The notes: generated by a model from the sequence alone, not told the origin. A stretch of 64,000 nt of DNA from a virus (IMGVR_UViG_3300017716_002595:1-64000), one strand, 5' to 3'; counted from the stretch's first letter, positions 38,888 through 50,118 are shown. Numbers and translations are program-made.

Positions 38888-40900
38888 ATGGCTATATTCC
38901 AACAAGCAACATTAACTAATTTAAGAAGTTTACAATACGGAAATGATACAATAGGAGGAGGTAATAGCGGTGAACCATATATCACTACTGCTATTCCTCC
39001 TGCTCTCCAACAACAAGTCGATTCAACCAACATATGGAATTCAGATAGTGGTTTAATACGTGGTGGATTTGTTGGTGCAACAAGAGCTTCTGTTACTGAT
39101 TTTGTTCGTATTGGGAAGTTTTTTAAAGATCCACCTAGAGGTCCAATGTTTATTATTAAACAAGTTGGACTACAGTTATCTAACCCACAGTTGGAAGCAC
39201 CTAGAGGTGCTGGGGCTGTTTTAAACAATGTATTACAAGGAAACTTTAGTACACTTTTTGGAGGTGGTGATAATTTTAATGCTAATATAGGTGCTACCCG
39301 TATTTACAATGGGGGTATTAATACATTACTTCAAGTACCTGTTAATGCTTTTGGAGGTCATATCGTTAGACATGGTTTATTACCCATCGAATCAGATAGT
39401 GCTAAATATGAAGCTGTTGCTAGAAACAATGATCCTCTAAATGAAGATGATGGAGGTAAAAATAATAGATTAGTTAGATTAAAAGCTAAATTAGAATCTG
39501 ATGAAAATGCTAACATAGCTCGTTATATTAGTGGTCCTGGTTCTGTTGATGGTATAGGAATTACTACTATTCCATATGTTTACAAAACATTAAAGAATAA
39601 TACTAGACCTTATATACCATTAGATACTTCATTATCTATAGATCAAGAAGGGAATAATGCTAATAATACAGATTATTCTAGTTTAGGACAGTTATATATA
39701 CGTCCTTCTTTAAATTTAAACTATTATAATGCTCAAGGAGTATCACTCCAATACTTTGATAATATTGGTTCAAGAATAGCATCAGAAAATAATATTCTTA
39801 TACCTACCAAAGGTAGAAATAACAATTTAACTCCAAATAGCCAAATTGATCAAAATGTTATTAAGTATTCTGCTGATGGTAAAACATATAATGCTTTAAA
39901 AAAAGCTATTGATGATCAACAAGAAAAAAATCAAATTGGTAACGTAACTTTACCTACAGAAGTAAAACTCCCTTTTCCCGTAGGAAATTCAATACAAGAT
40001 TTTACATTTACAACTCCTCTTATATTTAAACCAACTGGAAGATCAAGAAATGGGTTATTAGATTTAGCAAGCAGTAGTATAGAAACTAGACTAGGTTTAG
40101 CCCAAGCTGAAGGATATGGTGCTAAAGATAGTGTAAATTTAACACCTGTATTTTTATCTGATATTGCTCCTAATACTGCAATATTAATAAACGGAAAAAA
40201 ATATGGTACTAGAGATATAATTAAATTTAGAATTGAAGCTGTAAATAATGATAACCCAACAGGTCCAAGTGCTTGGATGGTATTTAGAGCATATCTTAAA
40301 GATATAACAGACACACCAAACCCAACATGGAATACAGTTAATTATGTAGGTAGAGGAGAACCTTTTTACATTTATAAAGGATTTGAACGTAGTCTATCAT
40401 TTACTCTTCAAGTAGCAGCAATGTCTGAAGAAGAGTTAAGACCAATGTGGCAAAAATTAAATTATCTATATTCAAATACAATGCCTGATTATAGTAATAA
40501 TGTAATGAGAGCTCCATATATGAGATTAACATTAGGAGACTACATGTTTAGACAACCAGGTATAATTAAAAATTTAACATATACTATAGGTAATGATTCA
40601 CCTTGGGAAATAGCATTAGATGAACCTGAAGTAGGAAGTTCATTATACGAATTACCACATGTAATGACTATACAAATGACTTATGCTCCTATACATGATT
40701 TCTTACCACGTAAATTCCCTTCAGTATTTGGAGACCCACTTAAAAATTGGAGTAACTTACCAGCATTTGTAGCTGATAGACAAACAAATCAATATGGAAC
40801 AGAAGATAATCCGTGGTTGACATCTATGTACAATACTTCTACGATAGGTAATATTAAAAATTTAGGTATACTTCCTGTTGGAAAACTACCAACCAATTAA
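38888..40900 (+). CDS. Baseplate/tube-initiator protein
   Basis: C-terminal tube-like domain FRAYL..WNTVNYVGRGEPFYIYKGFERSLSF..APYMRLTLGD..WEI. Confidence 0.65.
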   Translation: MAIFQQATLTNLRSLQYGNDTIGGGNSGEPYITTAIPPALQQQVDSTNIWNSDSGLIRGGFVGATRASVTDFVRIGKFFKDPPRGPMFIIKQVGLQLSNPQLEAPRGAGAVLNNVLQGNFSTLFGGGDNFNANIGATRIYNGGINTLLQVPVNAFGGHIVRHGLLPIESDSAKYEAVARNNDPLNEDDGGKNNRLVRLKAKLESDENANIARYISGPGSVDGIGITTIPYVYKTLKNNTRPYIPLDTSLSIDQEGNNANNTDYSSLGQLYIRPSLNLNYYNAQGVSLQYFDNIGSRIASENNILIPTKGRNNNLTPNSQIDQNVIKYSADGKTYNALKKAIDDQQEKNQIGNVTLPTEVKLPFPVGNSIQDFTFTTPLIFKPTGRSRNGLLDLASSSIETRLGLAQAEGYGAKDSVNLTPVFLSDIAPNTAILINGKKYGTRDIIKFRIEAVNNDNPTGPSAWMVFRAYLKDITDTPNPTWNTVNYVGRGEPFYIYKGFERSLSFTLQVAAMSEEELRPMWQKLNYLYSNTMPDYSNNVMRAPYMRLTLGDYMFRQPGIIKNLTYTIGNDSPWEIALDEPEVGSSLYELPHVMTIQMTYAPIHDFLPRKFPSVFGDPLKNWSNLPAFVADRQTNQYGTEDNPWLTSMYNTSTIGNIKNLGILPVGKLPTN

Positions 40901-40914
40901 TATATTCATAAATT

Positions 40915-41226
40915 ATGATATACGATAATTCAGACATATTAACTACAAATATTAATTCACCATTTGGTGCTGGGAAACAGTATTACAAAGCAAAAAAATT
41001 TCCACCTATACCACCCTCAGAAAGTGATATATATGTTATTACTACAGTAGGAGATAGATTAGATTTACTTGCTTTTTCATATTATAATGATGCTTCGTTA
41101 TGGTGGGTTATATCGGGAGTAAATAATGGAGTTACATTTGGTTCTATGTTTCCTGAACCTGGTACACAACTTAGAATTCCTATTGATATAAATGAAGTAT
41201 TAAGTAGTTTTAATAACACAAATTAA
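40915..41226 (+). CDS. LysM/tail-X-like baseplate protein
   Basis: GDRLDLLAFSYYNDASLWWVI..PGTQLRIP. Confidence 0.8.
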   Translation: MIYDNSDILTTNINSPFGAGKQYYKAKKFPPIPPSESDIYVITTVGDRLDLLAFSYYNDASLWWVISGVNNGVTFGSMFPEPGTQLRIPIDINEVLSSFNNTN

Positions 41227-41232
41227 TAAGTT

Positions 41233-44200
41233 ATGTCTATATTTAGAGAAACGTTTGAGCCTTTTGTTAAAGAAGAACTAAATCGAAGACAAGCGGGTAT
41301 GCTTACTCGTAACCCTAACTTTATCCATCAATTAAACTCAAGATCAGCTTGGGTAAGGATGACGTCTGGAGTTAATGTTAATGGTAGTAATAATTTAGCG
41401 AAAAATTACGTTTTACAAGGCGGTATCTTAAACGTCGCCACGGCTACTAAAGGCGATAAGGTAACCGATATTTTCGCGTTAAAATCGGGATTAGGCGGTG
41501 CTTCTAATACATATAGTAATAAAACTGCTGGAGGTGCTACAAATAGATTAGGTATAAAACCTATGCCCGGTGTTACTAATGTATCTATACAATCTAAAGG
41601 TGCTTATGGATCACTTCAAGAAGCAACAGTATCATTTGTTTGTTGGGATATTAAACAATTAGAGGAACTAGAACTACTTTATATGCGCCCAGGATATACT
41701 GTATTGTTTGAAATGGGATGGGATTATGCTAAAGCAAATGGTGTATTACCTCGATATAATATATTAACTCCTACAAAAATACCTTTAGTATTAAATGATG
41801 CTTTTAAAGATATACATACCTTAATAGAAAAAAGTAAAGGAAGCTACAGTGCTTTATTAGGATATGTAAAAAATTATAGCTGGTCAGCTCGTGATGATGG
41901 TGGATATGATTGTACTACATCTATTATATCTTTAGGAGAAGTATTAGAATCTTTAAAATGTAACTGGGTTCCTATTAATACTAAAGCATTTGATAGAAGC
42001 AATAGGGGTTTATTAGGACTAACGGCATCACCTGAAATACCAGAATCATACAAACAAGGCATAATCCCAGGATTGCTTCGTGAAATATACCAGTATGTAA
42101 GACCAGGAAGTAATACAGGAGTTATAGGTATTAATTTTAAAGTACCTGATAATGATATATCTTATGATGTTTTTCGAAAAAAAGTAGGTAGTGCTAAAAA
42201 GAATAATAGAGGAGGTTTAGCTAAAAATTTAAATAAAGGAGAAACAAGTTATGAGCATTATATAACCTTACAAAGTTTTTGTGATTTAATAAATAAACAT
42301 GTTCTATTAAAAGATGGCTCTAAAGAAGATAATCCTTTAGTTCAAATTACTACTAACGAGCAAGCTCCTAATGGTACTTTAACTAATGTTCCTCTTAAAT
42401 GTATTGCTAGTCCTTTATCATTATCTACAAATTTAGGAGTATGTTATGTTGAAAACCCTAATTGGGAAAGTTTAGAGGTACAAACACCACAAGTATCATC
42501 AACTGTTGAAACTACTATTGTTGGAGATATATCAACTGCTGTAAATGCTGAAACATTTGGGTGGGGTTTTGGAGATTATCCTAATAATGTATTTAAAAGA
42601 TTTGCATCAAATATAACTAAAACAGAACTTGATTCTATAACAACTGGTTTTAATTTAATAGATGTAGCATCAGCACTTCTTAATAGAAAAAAATTCTATA
42701 CTTATAAATCTTCATTAGGACTTCAAGGAGATATAGATAAACTAGCATCTGATTTAGGAAACGCTTTAACTAAAGTAGAATATGTTCCTGTTAAAGATCA
42801 AGATGGAAATATTAGTTTACGTCCTAAATTTTTCTTTTTTAATGGGTCTTCTTTTATATCTACAACTTCTAATAATAGTAATATTGATGTTCTAGATTAT
42901 TTTGGAACTGCTGAAGCTGTATATCTTCAACTTTTTCGTTATGATTATGATAAAAATGGAAAATTAAATACTAACGCTAATGAAGGAAGACCTGAAGATC
43001 CTTTTCTTGAAAGTAATTCTATTGTAAAAGATAATAAAGGAACAAGTTGGACTAAACAAGGTGTTGTTAGTGCTATTCAAAAAGCATTATCTAATATACC
43101 TATAAATCCTGTATTGAAAAAAAGTCTTGAAGACCAATTACCAGAAGTAGCTCAACAAATAGCAGAACAAGCAGAACAAGCTGGAAAAAGTGAAGCCTCT
43201 AAACAATTTTTAGTAGATGTAAAAGGAGTTAATGAAAAACAACTTGGAATTATAGGGAATATATATGTTAATTTAGAATATCTTTATGATAAAGCTATAT
43301 CTAGAAATCTAGCAGCTAATGATAATCAAACTAAAAATGTTATTTCTTTAAGAGATTATTTACAAGAAATATTAAGAGATGTTCAAAATAGTATTGGTAA
43401 TTTAAATACATTTGATCTTCAAGTAGATGATAGAAATTCTATAGGAAGAATAATAGACATTAATTCTACTCAAGACCCTTTAAATGTAAAAGATGAATTA
43501 TTTACACTACAGATACACAACCTGAGCTCATGCGTAAGACAATATAATTTTCAATCAAAAATATTTCCAGAAATGGGATCAATTATAGCTATTAGTGCTC
43601 AAGATCCTGCAGGTGTTGGTACGTTAGGGTATGATAATGCTACGTTAGTTGCTTGGAATCAAGGTATTTCTGATAGATTAATACCTAAAAAATTAACTAG
43701 TAAAAATGATTTATTAGATCAACAAAATAAAGTAGTAACTTATATATTACCATTTTTAACTCAAATGTGGAAATATTTTAAAGTTATCTCAGATGGATCT
43801 TCTGAAGATGATATCAATCTAGTATATGGTGGTTTAAATTTTGCTTTTAGAGATTTTTTAGCACACCTAGATAAAGAAAATGTAGGAAGTAATAGATTTA
43901 AAACAATTATACCAACAGAACTAAGTGTTACTTTAGATGGTATCGGAGGTATAATTATAGGAAATTTATTTAAAATCAATGAAGATATTGTACCTAAAGG
44001 ATATAGAGGTGTAGCTGGTAGAAAATTAGCATATATTGTTACAAGATTAGGACATACTATAACGGATAATGATTGGACTACACAAATAAGTGCTTACCCA
44101 ATAATATTTGAACCATCTATAGGAAGTGAAGTTTGGAAACAATGGAATAACGAACAATACCCCGGAGATGCTACTATAATTAGAGTAGGAGGGAGAGGAA

Positions 44201-44754
44201 TTGGTGCTATTTATTCAAACCAAACTGAAGCTTATCTTGAAGCTGTTAAGAACGAACCAAATTTTGCAAATAAATTAAAATCAGTAGCACAAAACATAGG
44301 AGTTAGTGAATCTGATTTGCTAACAGTAATGTATAAAGAAACAGCAGGAACTTTAGATCCTTCAACTACTAATTCAATAGGATGTGTAGGTTTAATTCAA
44401 TTTTGTCCTGATGTATCTAGAGGATCTATTAAAACTATTAGTGGTAAACAATATACTTTATCTAACTTAAGTCAAATGACAAGAGATCAACAACTAGATG
44501 TTGTTGAATCTTATTACAAATCATTAGGATTTAGATCTGACAAACCTAGAACACTTACTGATCTTTATGTAGCAACATTCTATCCTGCTGCTATAGGAAA
44601 ACCTAGTACTTATATAGTAGGAAGTGATAATTCTATAAATTTCCAACATAAATTAGCAGAACAAAACCCAGGCATAGCTAAATATAGTAATGTATTTGTA
44701 AATGGAAAAAAAGTAATAAATTTAGACGCTGTTAGAGCATTTATACAATCATAA
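41233..44754 (+). CDS. Baseplate hub protein with C-terminal lytic transglycosylase/lysozyme-like domain
   Basis: Hub motifs (GSLQEATVSF, YMRPGYTVLFEMGW, LSVTLDGIGG); C-terminal VMYKETAGTLDPS..GCVGLIQF..QQLDVV..LYVATFYP. Confidence 0.75.
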   Translation: MSIFRETFEPFVKEELNRRQAGMLTRNPNFIHQLNSRSAWVRMTSGVNVNGSNNLAKNYVLQGGILNVATATKGDKVTDIFALKSGLGGASNTYSNKTAGGATNRLGIKPMPGVTNVSIQSKGAYGSLQEATVSFVCWDIKQLEELELLYMRPGYTVLFEMGWDYAKANGVLPRYNILTPTKIPLVLNDAFKDIHTLIEKSKGSYSALLGYVKNYSWSARDDGGYDCTTSIISLGEVLESLKCNWVPINTKAFDRSNRGLLGLTASPEIPESYKQGIIPGLLREIYQYVRPGSNTGVIGINFKVPDNDISYDVFRKKVGSAKKNNRGGLAKNLNKGETSYEHYITLQSFCDLINKHVLLKDGSKEDNPLVQITTNEQAPNGTLTNVPLKCIASPLSLSTNLGVCYVENPNWESLEVQTPQVSSTVETTIVGDISTAVNAETFGWGFGDYPNNVFKRFASNITKTELDSITTGFNLIDVASALLNRKKFYTYKSSLGLQGDIDKLASDLGNALTKVEYVPVKDQDGNISLRPKFFFFNGSSFISTTSNNSNIDVLDYFGTAEAVYLQLFRYDYDKNGKLNTNANEGRPEDPFLESNSIVKDNKGTSWTKQGVVSAIQKALSNIPINPVLKKSLEDQLPEVAQQIAEQAEQAGKSEASKQFLVDVKGVNEKQLGIIGNIYVNLEYLYDKAISRNLAANDNQTKNVISLRDYLQEILRDVQNSIGNLNTFDLQVDDRNSIGRIIDINSTQDPLNVKDELFTLQIHNLSSCVRQYNFQSKIFPEMGSIIAISAQDPAGVGTLGYDNATLVAWNQGISDRLIPKKLTSKNDLLDQQNKVVTYILPFLTQMWKYFKVISDGSSEDDINLVYGGLNFAFRDFLAHLDKENVGSNRFKTIIPTELSVTLDGIGGIIIGNLFKINEDIVPKGYRGVAGRKLAYIVTRLGHTITDNDWTTQISAYPIIFEPSIGSEVWKQWNNEQYPGDATIIRVGGRGIGAIYSNQTEAYLEAVKNEPNFANKLKSVAQNIGVSESDLLTVMYKETAGTLDPSTTNSIGCVGLIQFCPDVSRGSIKTISGKQYTLSNLSQMTRDQQLDVVESYYKSLGFRSDKPRTLTDLYVATFYPAAIGKPSTYIVGSDNSINFQHKLAEQNPGIAKYSNVFVNGKKVINLDAVRAFIQS

Positions 44755-44757
44755 AAT

Positions 44758-45255
44758 ATGAGACCAATACCAAAAAGCAAAATAGTAGAAAATCAATATA
44801 CTAATGGAACCGGTTTTGGGAAAAATATCTTATTACGTTTTCCTAATACTAAAAAACCATACATTGGATCATACTCAGTAATAAATGGTTCTAAGTACTA
44901 TAGTGGGAAAGAATATATAGAAAGTTCACAACTTTTAGAACGATATACTCTACCCATAAACCCTAGTGCTGTAGCATCGGCTGGTTCCATTCCAACTCTA
45001 GCAGCTATTTCTGCTGCAGGGGTTATACTTTCCGGCAATAAAAATTCACCTTCAACTGCTTCCCCAGTTCGTTACTTTTATAAAGATTTAACTTCATCTA
45101 ATAATCTAATTAAACAAATTGATAAAAAGGCATACGACCAATTATCAGGTAAATTAAGTAATAATTATCAAGTAATATCATATAATAAAAATACTCAAAC
45201 TTTAGAAGAGGTAAATAAACAAATGCCTGGATTAACTGCTTTCTTGGGTACCTAA
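44758..45255 (+). CDS. Hypothetical baseplate-region protein
   Basis: PKSKIVENQYTNG..YIGSY; coupled ORF. Confidence 0.6.
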   Translation: MRPIPKSKIVENQYTNGTGFGKNILLRFPNTKKPYIGSYSVINGSKYYSGKEYIESSQLLERYTLPINPSAVASAGSIPTLAAISAAGVILSGNKNSPSTASPVRYFYKDLTSSNNLIKQIDKKAYDQLSGKLSNNYQVISYNKNTQTLEEVNKQMPGLTAFLGT

Positions 45256-45274
45256 AATTTTATTCGTATATTTA
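45243..45274 (+). promoter_or_regulatory. Class A promoter
   Basis: CTTG-N20-TATATTTA. Confidence 0.7.
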
Positions 45275-45294
45275 ACGAATAAATAAATAAGGTT

Positions 45295-46572
45295 ATGTTT
45301 TATATAATTGAAAAAGAAGATCAATTACCCCACTTACCGCACTTCGATAAATGTTTTATTCATGTTATAGCAAATAATGACAACTATCATCCTGCTATAT
45401 CTGAAGTATCATTAATTTATGTTAAACCCTTTGATGATAAAGGATATATATTTTGTATAAATCATACAGAGTCATTAGGTTTAAAATGGCAATCTCTTAA
45501 AAAATTCTTATCGGAAAAAGAATTATATGCCATAGATGCTAAACACACTAAATACTTCTTAGGAGGAAAAATAAATGATATAACATTTAACTACATAGAT
45601 AAACATGGAACCAAACCAGACTTATCATCTTGTACCCCTAACATAAATTCAGATTTCTATACACGATACGGAGAATTAAAAAATATAAATACTTTAATTC
45701 CTATATCTAAACATTACGAATATTGTGAAAATTTATACGAATTACTACAGAATTATATGATTAAAAATACTGAATATTCACATAAATTAACTACTGTATT
45801 CTTTAAAATAGAAAAAGAAGGCATAAGGTTAGATAAAGAATGCTTTATTAAGTATCATAAAGATCATAACACACCTCAATTTTCAATTAGTAAAGGAAGA
45901 GCTTATACTCAATACAATTTATATACATTAACCGGTCGTCCTTCTAATTCATTTAACAACATAAATTATGCTGCTTTAAATAAAGAAAATGGTGAAAGAA
46001 CTTGTTATATTCCTAATAATGATATATATTTAGAGTTTGATTTTAATGGTTACCATCCACGATTATTAGGAACTTTAACTGGATATGAGTTTGATAAAGA
46101 AATAAATGTTTATGCTCAAATAGCAGAAATATTACAAACTGAAGACATATTAAAAGTTAAAGAAACAACATTTCAAAATTTATATGGTGGTATTAGATAC
46201 GAATTACAAAGTAAACCATTTTTTAAGAATGTACACATGTTCACTGATAGTTTATGGGACGAAATTCAATATGGTGGTTCAATAACAACACCATCAGGAA
46301 AAACATTTCGTTTAAAAGATATTGATAATCCTAATCCTCAAAAAGTATTAAATTATCTTATACAAAATTTTGAAACATCACAAAATGTTGAACAAATATT
46401 TGATTTATATAACGATTTTCGTTCATTAAAATCAAGAATTGTACTTTATACTTATGATGCTATATTAATAGATGCCGTGCAAGACGAAGTAAATCAAATA
46501 AAAGAGATTATACATAAATTAAAATACCCAACCAAAGTAAAAATAGGAACTAACTATAACGAATTAACATAA
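45295..46572 (+). CDS. Short, divergent family A DNA polymerase
   Basis: TLTGRPS, motif A EFDFNGYHPRL, motif B KETTFQNLYG, NYLIQ, motif C YTYDAILID. Confidence 0.8.
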   Translation: MFYIIEKEDQLPHLPHFDKCFIHVIANNDNYHPAISEVSLIYVKPFDDKGYIFCINHTESLGLKWQSLKKFLSEKELYAIDAKHTKYFLGGKINDITFNYIDKHGTKPDLSSCTPNINSDFYTRYGELKNINTLIPISKHYEYCENLYELLQNYMIKNTEYSHKLTTVFFKIEKEGIRLDKECFIKYHKDHNTPQFSISKGRAYTQYNLYTLTGRPSNSFNNINYAALNKENGERTCYIPNNDIYLEFDFNGYHPRLLGTLTGYEFDKEINVYAQIAEILQTEDILKVKETTFQNLYGGIRYELQSKPFFKNVHMFTDSLWDEIQYGGSITTPSGKTFRLKDIDNPNPQKVLNYLIQNFETSQNVEQIFDLYNDFRSLKSRIVLYTYDAILIDAVQDEVNQIKEIIHKLKYPTKVKIGTNYNELT

Positions 46573-46646
46573 GATACCTAATGGTTATGACAGAAAGCCC
46601 GATATTTATCACCAGTTATGAATTTAATGACATCATTATAAATGAC

Positions 46647-47042
46647 ATGGTAGGAAATAAACTTTTTTGCACATTTGTTGCACCCTCTAAATTAGACGAA
46701 ACTCTAAATATACTTACAAATAAATATTCTATATTGTATGATAAAATATTTGTATTGGAATCAACCGATACAGATGAATTAATCTTAACATATAACATAG
46801 ACGTGGTAAATACTAGTTCTAAAAATGCTTTACCTAATACTATTTTACTTCACAGAAAAAAAGAATCTAACACATTATATACTATTAACGCCCTTAATGC
46901 TCTTATAAAAGAATTAAATGGAGGTGTATTAGATACTAATTATAAGGTTAAATGGGAAGACCATCGTAACGTTATATTACTTACCCAAGAAGGAGGACTA
47001 AGAAAAGTTCACACTAAAATTCACAATATTATTAAAGTATAA
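46647..47042 (+). CDS. Conserved hypothetical protein
   Basis: NKLFCTF..NTILLHRKKESNTLYTINALN. Start at 46647 preferred because ATATTTAT lies at 46602. Confidence 0.6.
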   Translation: MVGNKLFCTFVAPSKLDETLNILTNKYSILYDKIFVLESTDTDELILTYNIDVVNTSSKNALPNTILLHRKKESNTLYTINALNALIKELNGGVLDTNYKVKWEDHRNVILLTQEGGLRKVHTKIHNIIKV

Positions 47043-47074
47043 TTTGGATATCCCAAATTTCTTTCTTACATTTA
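47043..47074 (+). promoter_or_regulatory. Class A promoter
   Basis: TTTG-N20-TACATTTA. Confidence 0.75.
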
Positions 47075-47109
47075 CCTAAAACAAGTTATAAACAAATTTA
47101 AAAAACGTT

Positions 47110-47943
47110 ATGGATTTATCTTTAATCAAGCAGACGTTGGCCACCTTTAACAACAAAGGCCAGTCTAGAGAAAAAACAGATTACACAAAAATTTTTTGGA
47201 AACCAAAAGTAGGAAAACATCAAGTTCGTATTGTTCCTTCTAAGTTTAACAAGTCTACACCGTTCCGTGAGATTTATTTTCACTACGGGTACACTAAAGG
47301 ACCTATTTTAGCATTAACCAATTGGGGTGAAGCTGATCCTATTGCTGAAGCAGCACAAAAACTTCGCAAATCAGACAATCCAGATCATTGGCAAATGGCT
47401 AAAAAAATTACTCCTAAAATGAGAGTATTTGCACCCGTTATTGTTCGTGGTGAAGAAGACATGGGTGTTCGTTTATGGGAATTTGGTAAAGAAATTTACA
47501 CTCAATTAATGAACATTGCAATGAATGAAGATTACGGTGATTACACTGACATTCAAGATGGTCGTGACTTTATTGTAGAAGGTACTGATGATACAGTAGC
47601 AGGTCGTAAAGTAGTAAAATGTATTCTTACACCAAGAGTAAAAACTACACCTATTACAGAAGATGCAGTAGCATTACGTTCATACTTAGATGAACAACCT
47701 GATATCTTTGCTATCAATAAAAAACACACTTACGAAAGCTTAAAAGAAATTTTTGAAAAGTGGGCTAATCCTGAAGAAGAAGAAGACAATACTCCTATTG
47801 CTTCTACTACTGATGATGAAGATGAAACACCAAGTATGGGAGACTTACCTTGGGAAAAGAAAGAAGAAAAAGCATCTCCATACACACTACAAACAAAACA
47901 ACCAAAAGCTGACAAGTTCGAAGATTTATTTGATAAAGAATAA
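47110..47943 (+). CDS. Single-stranded DNA-binding protein (T4 gp32-like)
   Basis: FWKP..VRIVP..PF..HY, GVRLWEFGKEIY, DYTDIQDGRD, acidic tail ending FEDLFDKE. Confidence 0.85.
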   Translation: MDLSLIKQTLATFNNKGQSREKTDYTKIFWKPKVGKHQVRIVPSKFNKSTPFREIYFHYGYTKGPILALTNWGEADPIAEAAQKLRKSDNPDHWQMAKKITPKMRVFAPVIVRGEEDMGVRLWEFGKEIYTQLMNIAMNEDYGDYTDIQDGRDFIVEGTDDTVAGRKVVKCILTPRVKTTPITEDAVALRSYLDEQPDIFAINKKHTYESLKEIFEKWANPEEEEDNTPIASTTDDEDETPSMGDLPWEKKEEKASPYTLQTKQPKADKFEDLFDKE

Positions 47944-47945
47944 TT

Positions 47946-49046
47946 ATGGCCAAAAGAAACACTATAAATGATGCAGCATCTGTTGCCATCAGGTCATCTT
48001 CTAACAAAGGATTTGATTTAGATTCATTCAAAAAATCTAAAAATCTATCAGAATCATCAAAGTTTAAAAAACAAAGATGGATCCCATTCTCACATGCAGT
48101 AGCCGAAGCACTCTCTATCCCGGGAGTGCCAATGGGACAAGTAACTATAGCTAGAGGAGGATCTGATACAGGAAAAACTACACTAATGATTGAAGCAGCA
48201 GTTTCTGCTCAACAACTTGGAGTGTTACCTGTGTTTATCATTACTGAGATGAAATGGGATTTTGCCCATGCTAAAAAGATGGGATTAGAAATTGAAGCTG
48301 TATCTAATGCCGAAACCGGAGAAGATGTTGATTATAAAGGATTTTTCCTATATGTTGACCGTTCTTCATTAAACACTATTGAAGATGTATCTGCATTTAT
48401 TGCTGATATACTTGATGAACAGAAAAAAGGTAAATTACCTTACGACTTATTATTTCTTTGGGATTCAGTTGGATCGATTCCATGTGATATGAGTGTTAAA
48501 CAAGGAAATAATAATCCTATGTGGAATGCTGGTGCTATGGCTACTCAATTTGGTAACTTTATTAACCAACAATTCCCACTATCACGTAAAGAGAAATATC
48601 CTTACACAAATACATTCTTTGTAATTAATAAAACTGGAGTACAACCAGCATTAACACCAATGTCACAACCAAGAATGACAAATAAAGGTGGGAATGCAAT
48701 GTATTGGGATGCTGCCATTGTAATTACATTTGGAAACGTTACAAATAGCGGTACTTCTAAAATTAACGTACAGCATAAAGGTAAAAAAGTTGAATTTGCT
48801 AAACGTACTAAAATAGCAATTGATAAAATTCATGCTGATTGCGGTATTGCTACAGCTTCAACTGTAATTGTAACACCACACGGATTTATTCCTGATACAC
48901 CAGAAGCTGTAAAAGAGTATAAGAAAACGTATGCTCACGAATGGTTTGAAGAAATAACAGATGTAGACAGTTTACAAATTACTGAAGATGCTAGTGAGTG
49001 GAATGAAAGTCAAAATATATCACCAATGTTAGAAATTGAGGAATAA
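47946..49046 (+). CDS. RecA/UvsX-like recombinase
   Basis: GVPMGQV..GGSDTGKTT, ITEMK, LWDSVGS, VIN, KGGNA. Confidence 0.85.
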   Translation: MAKRNTINDAASVAIRSSSNKGFDLDSFKKSKNLSESSKFKKQRWIPFSHAVAEALSIPGVPMGQVTIARGGSDTGKTTLMIEAAVSAQQLGVLPVFIITEMKWDFAHAKKMGLEIEAVSNAETGEDVDYKGFFLYVDRSSLNTIEDVSAFIADILDEQKKGKLPYDLLFLWDSVGSIPCDMSVKQGNNNPMWNAGAMATQFGNFINQQFPLSRKEKYPYTNTFFVINKTGVQPALTPMSQPRMTNKGGNAMYWDAAIVITFGNVTNSGTSKINVQHKGKKVEFAKRTKIAIDKIHADCGIATASTVIVTPHGFIPDTPEAVKEYKKTYAHEWFEEITDVDSLQITEDASEWNESQNISPMLEIEE

Positions 49047-50074
49047 TGTTTGACAAAAAATTTCTACTCCAGGTATTAGACTCAATAGTAGAAGATAAAC
49101 CTACTAAAAATAGTCGTATTCTTATCATAGATTCTATGAATACGTTCATGAGAAATTTCTCATCAGTTAATACACTTAACCCAGCGGGCCACCATATAGG
49201 TGGTCTCGTAGGTTATTTACGAAGTATCGGATATGCTATAAAATCATTTCGTCCTACTAGAGTAATATTAGTGTTTGATGGGCATGGAAGTACAGTTAAT
49301 AAGAAAAATCTATACCCTGGATATAAAGGTAATAGAAGTATATCTCGTATTACAAATTGGGATATATTTGATGATAAAGATGATGAAAGCGAAGCAATGA
49401 GCAATCAAATGACTCGCCTTATTCAATATTTAAAGCAACTACCAGTATCTTTAGTATCAATAGATAAAATTGAAGCTGATGATAGTATAGGTCTTATAGC
49501 AAACCATTATGCTGCTGATGAAGATTGTAAAACAGTAACGATAATGTCGGCTGATAAAGATTTTTATCAATTAATTAGCGATAAAATTCAAGTTTATTCA
49601 CCAATTAAGAAAAAAGTATATAAAGTTAATGATGTTCTTGAAGAATTTAATGTACATCCTAATAACTTTTTAATTTACAAAGCACTATTAGGAGACAACT
49701 CTGACAATCTTCCAGGAGTTAGAGGATTAGGTCCTAAAAAAATAGTTAAGTTGTTTTCTTTAGAAAGTGCAGATGAATACAAATTAGAAGATATTTACAA
49801 GATAAGCGCAGATAACGCAAAGAAAAGTCCAATGTACGCAAGTATATTAGAAACGAAAAATCAATTAAATATCAACTATCAATTAATGAATATACGCGAA
49901 CCTAATATATCAGACGATAGCAAAGAAGATATAATTAATCTATTAAATGAAGAAATTACTTCATTAAATGTTGGTGGGTTTATGGTGTTATACGAGTCAG
50001 ATGGATTAGTAAATTCTATACCAAATACTCACGGATGGTTATCAGAAAATTTTGGCTCTCTCATATTAAGATAG
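49046..50074 (+). CDS. 5'-3' exonuclease/flap endonuclease (Pol I N-terminal / T4 RNase H-like)
   Basis: LIIDSMN, VFDG, YKGNR, EADD, SADKDFYQL, GDNSDNLPGVRGLGPK. Confidence 0.92.
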   Translation: MFDKKFLLQVLDSIVEDKPTKNSRILIIDSMNTFMRNFSSVNTLNPAGHHIGGLVGYLRSIGYAIKSFRPTRVILVFDGHGSTVNKKNLYPGYKGNRSISRITNWDIFDDKDDESEAMSNQMTRLIQYLKQLPVSLVSIDKIEADDSIGLIANHYAADEDCKTVTIMSADKDFYQLISDKIQVYSPIKKKVYKVNDVLEEFNVHPNNFLIYKALLGDNSDNLPGVRGLGPKKIVKLFSLESADEYKLEDIYKISADNAKKSPMYASILETKNQLNINYQLMNIREPNISDDSKEDIINLLNEEITSLNVGGFMVLYESDGLVNSIPNTHGWLSENFGSLILR

Positions 50075-50082
50075 TATATTTA
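50051..50082 (+). promoter_or_regulatory. Class A promoter
   Basis: TTTG-N20-TATATTTA. Confidence 0.7.
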
Positions 50083-50118
50083 CAAAAATAGGTTATTAAC
50101 AATTAAATAGGTTATATA

